A stretch of DNA of 64,000 nucleotides, from NCBI GenBank assembly GCA_008933805.1, contig WBUH01000010.1, forward strand, positions 37,820 to 101,819, read 5' to 3'. The DNA is from Bacteroidota bacterium. Its GTDB lineage: Bacteria; Bacteroidota; Bacteroidia; UBA8524. Positions 54,537 through 63,426 of the stretch are shown piece after piece; the first letter of the stretch is position 1, and each line of letters opens with the position of its first letter. A model generated the notes under the pieces. It did no database searches, had not been told where the DNA came from, and saw only the letters and a list, made by a program, of their open reading frames with translations. The position numbers were made by a program, and so were the translations under genes.

Positions 54537-56507
54537 TTAAAAGTTTAATTGAACAGTTAGTAAATAATTGCGACCGGGCATTGGCACCCATTGCACCACA
54601 GCATATTCTTTATTAAGCAGGTTGCGTGCCTGCAATAGCACTTCCATATCAAGTGCTTTTATCTTGTGCGCCCAGCTTACCATTATATTTAAAGTGTAAA
54701 ATGCGGGCAACCATGCAGTGTTATCAGAGGTTACAAATTGCCTGCCCGTGTATTGCCCGTTAATGTTTATATACCAGCGTTTATACCCGCCGGCCACATT
54801 GCATACTGCCATGTGATAGGGCACATATTGCAATTGCTTTTTATAACTATCATCAAACTGGCTTTTCTTTTTCTCGTTGGTGCTAATGGTGTACGAATAG
54901 CGAGCATCAGCCCTCACATAGCTTTTATCATTCAGCCGAATGCTAACTTCTGCTTGTGTTTCAATCCCACGCGATTTTACCCGTTGGATATTTTGCGGCG
55001 TCCATATCCCCCCTACTCCCTGCAACCATATTATCCAATCGGTAATGTCATTATAGTATCCGCCAGCAGAGGCATTTGTCTGCACTTTTCCCCAACGGTT
55101 TTTATAAGCCACTCTACTTTCAATACTATATCCGTTTTCAGGATTCAGATTAGGATTACCACCGGGATTCCAATACAAATCATTAAAATTAGGATAGCGG
55201 TACAAACGTGAAGCTTTAGCCTGCCAATACAGTGGCCCGAACACATTCCACTCGGCGCCGATAGAGGGCACAAAAGGCAACACCTTTAGTTTTTGTGCAG
55301 ATTGAAGCGATACCATAGGCAATTCCTGTGTGTTGCGTAAACTCACCCACTCTTGCCTCAAAGTAAGTGAAGTGATTAGTTTGTTCCCCAAACTGCGGTA
55401 ACGGTGTGATACGAATAAAGCTCCTTTGTATTGTACAGGCGATGGTTTACCATAATCAACTGCCGATGATTTAGAGTTGCTATTATTAAGCCCTACGCTC
55501 ACATCGTGGCGATTGCTAATCTTATACCTGAATTCTCCCTCAAGCACCACCCCCACAGCGCGGTTATCGCTTGCAAGTATCGGGGTTATCGCAGAATCGG
55601 TATAGCGTATGCGCTCATCAAACCACATAAAGCGTAAAATGGCTTCGGCTCTCAGTTTGCTGTATTTCACATCGCCCATCAACCTCCACACATCATCTTT
55701 CTGAAATGCCCTGCTTTGGTTTTGAATCATGGTGCGCCCAACTCCTCTATACGCTTGGGTGTGCCATAGGTGTAACCCCGCTTTTATATGCTTGCTAATT
55801 GCAAAATAGTTTTCAAACACCTGCCCGTTATTCCACCACTGCGCGTTGCGCATGGTATCAGTGGGTTTTCCAATTTTTGTAGGGTTTGTATAGGTATATG
55901 TGTTTTGTGCCGTTTGATTGAAATAACGCACACGACCTGTGTACCACTTATTTTTATAACTGAACTTTATACCTTGTTGAAAGTTTTCGAAACTACCGAC
56001 ACCCAGCATTACTTTGCCGTGCAACCCATTTTTCTCCATCGGTGTTTGTCCAAAACTTACCGTGCCGCCAATAGCACCACTGCCATATAAGGCGCTTTGA
56101 CTACCGTACCCAACCTCAAGCGCATCAATAAAAAAAGCCGGTATCAGGTTCATATCGGCCAGTTGGTTCATGGGGCTTTGTATGTTAAAGCCATTCCAAA
56201 CAATGGCCGTTTGCACGCCATAAGTGCCCCTCATAATAGGAGTTGCTAGAGTTCCGGGTGAGTATGTGCGGACAAACATCCCTGTTTGCCCCATTACATC
56301 GGCAAGCGTATTAGGCGTGTATTGCTTTAGCAGGGTTGTATCAGGCTTCCAACTGTATGTACCCGCACTAAATACCTTTTCGCGGTAGGCCACCACTTCG
56401 GCAGCTCCCACTTCATACAAAGTATCTTTTTGCGCCTGCACATTATAGGCGGCAACCAAACACGCTACCGAAACAATCAGTTTTTTTAGGTCCAATGTAA
56501 AGCACAT
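54537..56507 (-). CDS. btuB: TonB-dependent receptor, BtuB-like (cobalamin-riboswitch controlled)
   Basis: 656 aa with a signal peptide ending VQAQ. Plug region NTLADVMGQTGMFVRTYSPG...IMRGT...IVWNGFNI, a barrel, and a C-terminal LLTVQLNF. The symbol is inferred from the upstream riboswitch, not from sequence identity. Confidence 0.75.
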   Translation of the reverse strand: MCFTLDLKKLIVSVACLVAAYNVQAQKDTLYEVGAAEVVAYREKVFSAGTYSWKPDTTLLKQYTPNTLADVMGQTGMFVRTYSPGTLATPIMRGTYGVQTAIVWNGFNIQSPMNQLADMNLIPAFFIDALEVGYGSQSALYGSGAIGGTVSFGQTPMEKNGLHGKVMLGVGSFENFQQGIKFSYKNKWYTGRVRYFNQTAQNTYTYTNPTKIGKPTDTMRNAQWWNNGQVFENYFAISKHIKAGLHLWHTQAYRGVGRTMIQNQSRAFQKDDVWRLMGDVKYSKLRAEAILRFMWFDERIRYTDSAITPILASDNRAVGVVLEGEFRYKISNRHDVSVGLNNSNSKSSAVDYGKPSPVQYKGALFVSHRYRSLGNKLITSLTLRQEWVSLRNTQELPMVSLQSAQKLKVLPFVPSIGAEWNVFGPLYWQAKASRLYRYPNFNDLYWNPGGNPNLNPENGYSIESRVAYKNRWGKVQTNASAGGYYNDITDWIIWLQGVGGIWTPQNIQRVKSRGIETQAEVSIRLNDKSYVRADARYSYTISTNEKKKSQFDDSYKKQLQYVPYHMAVCNVAGGYKRWYININGQYTGRQFVTSDNTAWLPAFYTLNIMVSWAHKIKALDMEVLLQARNLLNKEYAVVQWVPMPGRNYLLTVQLNF

Positions 56508-56630
56508 TATACCTGCGGGATATGCAGAATACAGCCAGCACGGGTAACCGAACGTTTTTTATGTGTTTGGAAACTATTGTACTACTGAACCCCTGCCCTT
56601 ATTCCCGAAGGCGTGAATCCTTTTAAAGCA

Positions 56631-56800
56631 TTTCAGGCAGGTCTTCTGACTCATTTCTCGCTTTTTGCAGCCTTCCCGTTGGCATTAGCCAACAGTGGCA
56701 AAAGGGGGCAAAAAGGTGACAACAGGGTTGTCTTTGAAATTTACAGCAGCGGGTACTGTCCACGATTTACACGTGGTTCCCTTTTCATCTTGGCACATAT
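56631..56800 (-). promoter_or_regulatory. Cobalamin (B12) riboswitch aptamer
   Basis: The minus strand reads, in order, AAAAGGGAACCACGTGTAAATCGTGGACAGTACCCGCTGCTGTAA ... TTGCCACTG ... ACGGGAAGGC ... GAGTCAGAAGACCTGCC (the B12 box). These are the conserved core elements of the cobalamin riboswitch. The aptamer ends 124 nt upstream of the receptor ATG. Edges are approximate. Confidence 0.85.
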
Positions 56801-56907
56801 AGATGTGCTAGAACCTGTAATACGCGGCAAATATAGTTATTTTTTGAAATGTGCAAGCAACACACTAATAATGCTGCTAATAGCCGCAAATGCTGTATTA
56901 TTGAAGC

Positions 56908-57771
56908 ATGTTACTACCCGAAAGTTACCTGAAGCCTAACCCGCTGCACGACCCTAAAAAGGCAAGGGGGTTTCTTATCACATTGGGTATTATGTACCCT
57001 ATATATGTGTTCTTTTTATACTGGTTATGGTATAGCGAGGGAACAAATACAGGGTTCCATTTCTTTGATGATATGGGCGAGTGGCTGCAAATGGATAAAG
57101 TGGGTCATTTTGTAGTACATTTTCAATGGGCACTAATGCCGGCCTATATTTTTTGCTGGGCGGGATATGATGTAAAGCAATCTGCACTGTATAGCTTTTG
57201 GGTGAGCGTGTTTATTTTAATGCCCGTTGAGGTGATGGACGGCTTCTCAGCTGCATGGGGCTTCTCTTGGGGTGATGTGATTGCCAATGTACTGGGCAGT
57301 TTGTTTGCCTATGTGCAGTTAAGCGGTTTTGGCAAAGCTGTTGCAATTGCCAAATACAGCTACCACACTACCGCATTGGCTCTTATACGACCTGATATGT
57401 TTGGAACAGGCTACGTGCAAAACTCATTAAAAGATTACAACGGGCAAACGTATTGGCTAACAATTGATGTGAATGCCATTGCAGGCCGAAAAATATTACC
57501 CAATTGGCTATTATTAAGTATTGGTTATAGTGGAGAAGATATGTATGGCGGGCACGATAATGTGTGGACAGATAAACAAGGCGTAACGCATGATTACAGC
57601 AACATTGCCCGCTACAGGCAATGGTATTTATCGTTTGATATTAATTTTACTCCGTTAATAAAAAACAAGGTATTGCAGCGGGTATTTTACGGCCTCAATA
57701 TTTTTAAAATGCCCTTTCCTGCACTAGAGTTTAGCGAGCGTGGAATTAAATTTTACTGGTTGTACTGGTAA
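56908..57771 (+). CDS. Polytopic membrane protein, DUF2279-like (tentative)
   Basis: 287 aa. WYSEGTNTGFHFFDDMGEWLQMDKVGHF resembles the DUF2279 core as I remember it. It has several hydrophobic segments. Confidence 0.35.
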   Translation: MLLPESYLKPNPLHDPKKARGFLITLGIMYPIYVFFLYWLWYSEGTNTGFHFFDDMGEWLQMDKVGHFVVHFQWALMPAYIFCWAGYDVKQSALYSFWVSVFILMPVEVMDGFSAAWGFSWGDVIANVLGSLFAYVQLSGFGKAVAIAKYSYHTTALALIRPDMFGTGYVQNSLKDYNGQTYWLTIDVNAIAGRKILPNWLLLSIGYSGEDMYGGHDNVWTDKQGVTHDYSNIARYRQWYLSFDINFTPLIKNKVLQRVFYGLNIFKMPFPALEFSERGIKFYWLYW

Positions 57772-57772
57772 A

Positions 57773-58687
57773 TTAGTCTATCACAAATTTTTGCCCTTCG
57801 ATGGCAAGAAAAGAATTTTCAAAAACTGCCCGCGCCTCTTCTAACAAAGGAGTTAAGTCTTTGTACCTCGCTGAAAAATGGCCTAATAACAGCTTACCCA
57901 CCTGTGCCTTTTGAGCGATGGTGGCCGCCTCAAAAGCAGTACTGTGAAGGGTTTCTTTGGCCCTTTCTACCAAATCGTGCATAAAAGTACTTTCGTGGTA
58001 CAGCATATCAGCACCGGCTATATGTTCAAGCACCGGCTCATAATAGCGGGTATCAGAGCAATACGCATACTTACGGGGAGCTTTGGGTTCAAAGGTCAAC
58101 AACCTGTTTTCAATAACATTTCCCAAGTCGTCTCTGTAATCCAATCCGCGTTTTAAGTCTTCGTAATATGCATAAGGCACTTCGTGCAGTTCGCAGGCTG
58201 CATTATTTATTTTACGGTAAGGATTTATCTCTTCAAACAAAAAACCTGTAGTGGGCAGCCTGTGCTGCAACACTATTGATTTCACCCTAAAAGTACTATT
58301 TTCTTCCAGCACACGGCTTTCATCGTCATGCACCGTATGAAAATACAATGGAAACCTTAATACAGTGTGCGAGTACTTAAAATGGTCGTTGATAATGGCC
58401 TCCAATGGTTCGGGGCCGTATATGTGCAGTTCGTTTTCCCTGCCCTGAAAATTAATAGTTGCCAGCAACCCCACTAAGCCCAAATAATGGTCGCCATGTA
58501 GGTGACTAATAAATATATGATTGATTTTGCTGTGCCTAAGCCTGTATTTGAGTAACTGGTTTTGGGTTGCCTCGCCACAATCAATCAAAACGTATTTTCC
58601 TTTTATATTTAACAGCTGAGCAGACGGGTGCCTGTCGGCGGTTGGAGTAGCACTACTGCACCCTAATATTGTAACTTCAAACGACAA
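57773..58687 (-). CDS. rnz: Ribonuclease Z
   Basis: 304 aa with MSFEVTILGCSSATPT...RHPSAQLL, the metallo-beta-lactamase motif SHLHGDHYLGL, and C-terminal LLLGHFSARY. Confidence 0.9.
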   Translation of the reverse strand: MSFEVTILGCSSATPTADRHPSAQLLNIKGKYVLIDCGEATQNQLLKYRLRHSKINHIFISHLHGDHYLGLVGLLATINFQGRENELHIYGPEPLEAIINDHFKYSHTVLRFPLYFHTVHDDESRVLEENSTFRVKSIVLQHRLPTTGFLFEEINPYRKINNAACELHEVPYAYYEDLKRGLDYRDDLGNVIENRLLTFEPKAPRKYAYCSDTRYYEPVLEHIAGADMLYHESTFMHDLVERAKETLHSTAFEAATIAQKAQVGKLLLGHFSARYKDLTPLLEEARAVFENSFLAIEGQKFVID

Positions 58688-58810
58688 TGGCGGTATCTAT
58701 TTTTGTAAAGTTACTTACGAAGTAACGACATTGCAAACGAAGTTTTATATTTAATAGACTCAAGTATATAAAGTATTGTATCTATTTTAATGTCCGCTAA
58801 TTATAATAGC

Positions 58811-59416
58811 ATGAAACTGAAACTACTAATGTTACTTTTTATGATGGCCTTTTGTAGTGTTACTTTCGGTCAAACTGAAAAAGACACCCCTGCACTAGTC
58901 ATTACAAGAAAAGGCAAAAAAACATATTTATACAAACATGCCTACTTGCGTTTTCACCTAACCCCAAAATCGGCTAAAGACTGCCTGCCTTGTTGCCCCG
59001 AAAAGCTTGACGGAACTTATTTAAAACGTAATAATGATAGCATTTGGATGGAAGTTTATGACCGAGAACTGATTTATACGGATAGTAACGGCACACAGTA
59101 TGTAAATTATATGCACTACGGCATTTTTAGTGATAAGCCGCTACCGGTTATTGAATCATTTTCTTATGCTGATGTCAGAGCTATTTATTACAATTCTCCG
59201 GTCAGAAGCTTTCTAAACAAAGCATCTGCAATTGTTATGGGAGTTAGCGGAGCATCGGCATTGCTGGCGGCCCCTTTGCTAAGCATTAAAAAAGACGGAG
59301 GCTTTAACGGAAATCGCTATTTTAGAGTAGCCGGCTGGAGTTTAGCGGCATTTGGAGTAGGGCTTTCGGTTAATCTTCTAACCCTCGAAAGGGAATATAA
59401 AGTAACCTTAAATTAA
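58811..59416 (+). CDS. Hypothetical membrane protein
   Basis: I prefer the ATG at 58811 (201 aa), which gives the signal peptide MKLKLLMLLFMMAFCSVTFGQ. Two C-terminal TM segments (IVMGVSGASALLAAPLL, VAGWSLAAFGVGLSVNLL). Confidence 0.5.
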   Translation: MKLKLLMLLFMMAFCSVTFGQTEKDTPALVITRKGKKTYLYKHAYLRFHLTPKSAKDCLPCCPEKLDGTYLKRNNDSIWMEVYDRELIYTDSNGTQYVNYMHYGIFSDKPLPVIESFSYADVRAIYYNSPVRSFLNKASAIVMGVSGASALLAAPLLSIKKDGGFNGNRYFRVAGWSLAAFGVGLSVNLLTLEREYKVTLN

Positions 59417-60420
59417 TCAGCCTTTATTTTCTCTATTACCTTATCAATATTTTTCTCTAACAAGTTAAAGAATTTCACTCGTTGCTTTTCGGCAGTACCA
59501 CTGATAAGAGTTGACTTCTGCATGTGTTTCTCAAGCCACTCTTCGGTTTCATCGCAAAAACGCACATCGGTGGTATTAATGTTATTAAACGTGTGGTGAC
59601 TTAAAAATACTGCCTTTAGTGAGTCTAAATAGGCCATAATTGTATTATTGCCTATCAGCAGTTCGCTAAAATATAACTTATAGTTTTGCGGACGTTCTTC
59701 TTTTGGCTCGTTCAACAACTTGCTACCTTGGGCTGCCCAATCGCGGGTAGAAAATATCATTTCACGCAGGTTATCACATACTGCAAGTGCCGATTCTCTG
59801 TTCTCAAACCAACCGCTTTCCCAACTGTATTCTATCTGCTTCAATGTAGGGAAAAGCATATCATCGCTCCATATCTCAGTTGAGGGCACTTTTAGGTATT
59901 TCTTATGGATTGAGCTTGCCACCTTCTGCATCTCAGCACTGATAAGGCTGGGGTCAAACTTTTTATCCTGCATACGTTTTACCCCCATCAATGCACGCAT
60001 CCAGTAATACATCTTAAAATTGCCAATCTCTCTAAAACCCAAATGCTGTAAAATAGATATATCTACAGCACCGTAAACAATGCGTTTATCATTTGCCATC
60101 AACAGTTTATCCAATATTTGATCAAGGCTTTGCAAGTACTGGAAAAAACTTTCTTCGTTCTCATCCAAATGGCGGTAACGAAAAGTAACCAAACCCGCTA
60201 AGGTTTCGGTAAACGCACTAAACGGAATTTTGAAGTGATTGCACAGTGCTACTGCTTCATCTAACGATATGGCAGTTTCGCCCCTTAATCTGCGGTATGC
60301 GCTATCAGCACTCACATTTAGCAACTCTGCTATTTCTTCGGCTAAAGAGGTGTTTGCCGGGGCAAGTTCTTTTAATTTCTGGACAAAGGCTTTTTGAACG
60401 GCGTACTGGCTATTGGGCAT
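59413..60420 (-). CDS. HTH-domain protein with helical C-terminal domain (putative transcriptional regulator)
   Basis: I prefer the ATG at 60420 (335 aa). The N-terminal XRE-like HTH reads NTSLAEEIAELLNVSADSAYRRLRGETAISLDEAVALCNHF. The rest is helical. Confidence 0.5.
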   Translation of the reverse strand: MPNSQYAVQKAFVQKLKELAPANTSLAEEIAELLNVSADSAYRRLRGETAISLDEAVALCNHFKIPFSAFTETLAGLVTFRYRHLDENEESFFQYLQSLDQILDKLLMANDKRIVYGAVDISILQHLGFREIGNFKMYYWMRALMGVKRMQDKKFDPSLISAEMQKVASSIHKKYLKVPSTEIWSDDMLFPTLKQIEYSWESGWFENRESALAVCDNLREMIFSTRDWAAQGSKLLNEPKEERPQNYKLYFSELLIGNNTIMAYLDSLKAVFLSHHTFNNINTTDVRFCDETEEWLEKHMQKSTLISGTAEKQRVKFFNLLEKNIDKVIEKIKAD

Positions 60421-60530
60421 CGGCGTTGATTTGAACGTAATAAAACGCAAGATAACAATTTGATAGTATTAACTGCCATATTGCCCTGCACAACATTTAG
60501 GCACTTTATTTGTTAATTTTACAAACTGAT

Positions 60531-61043
60531 ATGGAAACCGAGATAGTGAACCGTGTGGCGCAAAGTGCGCTTATAACTATAAACCTTGAGGATTTTTACC
60601 ACCCCGGGGAGCGCGTGGTGTTTGATATGAAGGAGTGCCTGTATATGGGTCTGATTTTGCGTGAAAAAGATTTTAGAGAATGGGTAAAAACCCACGATTG
60701 GGAACAATACAACGGCAAAAATGTATCGATAATATGTTCTGCGGACGCAGTAGTCCCCACTTGGGCTTATATGCTGGTGGCTGAGCGTTTACAGCAACAC
60801 GCCCATTTCTTTGTATTTGGCAATAGTGAGATGCTTGAAAATGCTTTGTTTTTAAAGGCATTGCAAAACCTTTCGCCCCAAGAGTATGAAGATAAAATGG
60901 TGGTGATTAAAGGTTGTTTTGATAAACCTGTGCCTACAGGTGCATATACTGAAATTACCCGCATGCTTGCCCCTTACGTAAAAAGCCTTATGTATGGCGA
61001 ACCATGCAGTACTGTGCCCATATTTAAACGTAAGAAAGCCTAA
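60531..61043 (+). CDS. DUF2480-family protein
   Basis: I prefer the ATG at 60531 (170 aa). METEIVNRVAQSALITINLEDFYHPGERV...LREKDFREWVKTHDW...CSADAVVPTWAYMLV matches my memory of the DUF2480 N-terminal pattern. Confidence 0.5.
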   Translation: METEIVNRVAQSALITINLEDFYHPGERVVFDMKECLYMGLILREKDFREWVKTHDWEQYNGKNVSIICSADAVVPTWAYMLVAERLQQHAHFFVFGNSEMLENALFLKALQNLSPQEYEDKMVVIKGCFDKPVPTGAYTEITRMLAPYVKSLMYGEPCSTVPIFKRKKA

Positions 61044-61084
61044 AACGGCCTTTACCTTTCTTTTCTATACCCTTTAAATGAAAA

Positions 61085-61110
61085 GAGGCCAGGCATAACG
61101 CCCGGCCCCC
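61085..61110 (-). terminator. Possible terminator after the LruC-domain gene
   Basis: GGCCAGG (61087-61093) / CCCGGCC (61101-61107) with one mismatch. On the minus strand it is followed by UCUUUUCAUUU. Confidence 0.35.
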
Positions 61111-61139
61111 ATCCGTAATCCATATATAGTTAGTTAGCT

Positions 61140-63209
61140 TTACGGCGTATAAATATTATTGGTATTTCGGTATCCCGATTTATTTTCATACCAATCGTTG
61201 TTTAGCAACCCATTGCTTTGCACCCATGCTCCAAACTTGGTGTGGGCTGTAACCACATCCGACCTTTCTGAAGGGTAATTAAACTTGGTGGGTATATGTA
61301 TAGCCCAAGGCAAGTTGTTTACAGTTTTATAGTAACGGTTGCTAGAAGGAATTGAGTTATCATTTGCAGTTCCAAACAATGATGTGTTTGCAAGTACTGT
61401 ATTTGCTTTGTTTGGCAAATGCACTTCGCGGCTACGAACATTGGAGAACAAGAATGGGTTGAACGGGTAGGTACCCAAATTTGTAAACGACAGCGTTGAG
61501 CTGAAAGTCATACGGATATTAATCGTATCAGGGTAAGCTATTGGCGCAAACCTGCGGGTATTGTACATAGAGCCGCCGGGCTGGCTTAATTGGTCGGCTG
61601 CTTCATCAAACAATATCACTACGGCTTTTGTATGACCGGCTTCAAGTCCTTTGTTAGTAAGTGTAACACGACTACGGGTAATATCATATCCTGTAACTTG
61701 ATTAACCAGTGAAGCATTGAATGGGAACTCAACCCCGAAGCCACCGGGTAATGAACCACCTTTAGCATCAACAAATGATTTACAGTTCAGTTCCATTACA
61801 TTGTTTTGTGGGCTCACCACAACGTGGAATCTCCAACGAACAACTAAATCGTTAAAGTCATAATCCCCTTTGCTGGGCCACAAATCTTCGTAGGCCAGTG
61901 TACCAAATTCAGTTTTTGAAGGGAAATAACGGTCATACGCTTTGGTTGAATCACAAGGATAATCATCAAACAAATCAGGCACACCGTCGTTGTCGCAATC
62001 CGCTGTAGGGTTCACAGGAGGAATTGTTGGGTTACCTATACCCGTTGGTGGGTTTGCTGATGCGTAAAATACTGCATCGTTAAAATCGTTATCGCTGGTT
62101 CCGTTATCACGGCGTACATCTTCAAAGCAAATCAAATAACGTTGCGTTGCAGAATCGTACAACATCAACGCATGGTCTTTGTAGAAAGAAGACTCGCTGT
62201 TAAAATCTTTATGGCTATACCAAATGGCCAAACCCGCTGTTATTTGTGCTGAGTTGTTGAAACCGTTGGCAGCTAATGCAAAGCCAATCATGGTGTCTTT
62301 TCCGAAACGGCCCAAAAGAACCCTGTTACCTGCTGTAAGACCACCGCCGCTTCCGCTAAAGCTTGAGTTAGGGAATACAGTGTATAACGAGTCGATGTCA
62401 GTTGCTACAGTGGGAGGGCTGTTTTTGTGGTATTTGTAGTAGAATAATGAGTTTTTGTAGGTTGCACCTTCATGCACAAAAGTTATCCAAATATCAGCTG
62501 TTTGGGTAACCTCAATAACAGGCAGAATATTATTCAAATACTGTGGCTTGTATGTAGGCACCGACTTTGTTTCAGGCAAGGCCGACATTAAACGTGTTAA
62601 AAATCCTGATGAAACTGTATCTGAAGTGGTAAGGTAATTAGGAACCCCACTGCTATTCCAAGTACCTAAACGGTACGAGAATGTGCTGGTTACACCGGCC
62701 TTGCGGGTGAAACCGCTGCTAAGATTTTCAAAACCATTAGTGGCTTGGCTTGAAGGTGCCACCATTGATTGAATTTTACCATTGATGTAATGGTACTTAA
62801 CTGTATTGCCTGCAATAGGAACCTCAACGTTGTTAGGCACCCCCATTATGTATGGGAATATTGTTACTTGTTTCACGTAGGTAGGTACACTCATAGGCAC
62901 CAACAACACACCGTTTTTATCAGTAACACCGGTTGCATAAACTTCGCGGCTTTTTATTCCATCGGTTGGAGCATCAAATACATCAACACGAACACCTCTT
63001 AAAGGATTTCCCTGAGCATCTGTTAATACAACATCCAAAGTAAGGTCTTGGGTAGTAGCAAAATCAAAATTATTGGGAACTACAAGATCGTTCATGCTCG
63101 AAACGTTGTTATCAACAGCATTTTCGCTGCCTGTATTCAAGCCATCACGCTTACAACTTGCCAGTGCAAGCACCAGAGCCAAAGAAGTAAGTGTTATTTT
63201 AAGTTTCAT
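61140..63209 (-). CDS. LruC-domain lipoprotein (CRD-like + DUF4114-like + LruC domain)
   Basis: 689 aa with lipobox LALASCKRDG. CRD-like LTLDVVLTDAQGNPLRGVRVDVF...VTDKNGVLLV. CFEDVRRDNGTSDNDFNDAVFYA. Asp-rich DCDNDGVPDLFDDYPCD. The LruC signature LAYEDLWPSKGDYDFNDLVVRWRF. Confidence 0.7.
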   Translation of the reverse strand: MKLKITLTSLALVLALASCKRDGLNTGSENAVDNNVSSMNDLVVPNNFDFATTQDLTLDVVLTDAQGNPLRGVRVDVFDAPTDGIKSREVYATGVTDKNGVLLVPMSVPTYVKQVTIFPYIMGVPNNVEVPIAGNTVKYHYINGKIQSMVAPSSQATNGFENLSSGFTRKAGVTSTFSYRLGTWNSSGVPNYLTTSDTVSSGFLTRLMSALPETKSVPTYKPQYLNNILPVIEVTQTADIWITFVHEGATYKNSLFYYKYHKNSPPTVATDIDSLYTVFPNSSFSGSGGGLTAGNRVLLGRFGKDTMIGFALAANGFNNSAQITAGLAIWYSHKDFNSESSFYKDHALMLYDSATQRYLICFEDVRRDNGTSDNDFNDAVFYASANPPTGIGNPTIPPVNPTADCDNDGVPDLFDDYPCDSTKAYDRYFPSKTEFGTLAYEDLWPSKGDYDFNDLVVRWRFHVVVSPQNNVMELNCKSFVDAKGGSLPGGFGVEFPFNASLVNQVTGYDITRSRVTLTNKGLEAGHTKAVVILFDEAADQLSQPGGSMYNTRRFAPIAYPDTINIRMTFSSTLSFTNLGTYPFNPFLFSNVRSREVHLPNKANTVLANTSLFGTANDNSIPSSNRYYKTVNNLPWAIHIPTKFNYPSERSDVVTAHTKFGAWVQSNGLLNNDWYENKSGYRNTNNIYTP

Positions 63210-63371
63210 TATAGTTAGTTGGTTTTATTCCTAAATAGCAAACAAATGTATTACGGATAATTATTTCCACCGCGTAAACTGTGTTGTTTTGGGCTGTTTT
63301 TTATATGAGTAGCGGTTTTTTTATACGAGCAGCAATGGGCCAAAAAAACATAAAACTTATTACTAAAAATT

Positions 63372-63399
63372 AAAAAAGCCCCGACTCCCGTCGAGGCTT
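63372..63399 (-). terminator. Rho-independent terminator after the second LruC-domain gene
   Basis: Stem AAGCCCCGAC (63376-63385) / GTCGAGGCTT (63390-63399) with one mismatch and a 4-nt loop. On the minus strand it is followed by UUUUUUA. Confidence 0.6.
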
Positions 63400-63426
63400 T
63401 AACCAAACTATCAACTATGAAAAAAA

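Noticed and set aside
56613-56939. 108-aa plus-strand ORF
   Set aside because: It overlaps the cobalamin riboswitch on the opposite strand and the 5' end of the 56908 gene. The conserved RNA motifs explain this sequence better.
57769-57775. Convergent genes ending 1 nt apart here, and overlapping by 4 nt (TTAA) at 59413-59416, with no room for terminators
   Set aside because: Tight convergent ends are common in compact bacterial genomes. Nothing beyond possible read-through antisense transcription can be inferred from the sequence.
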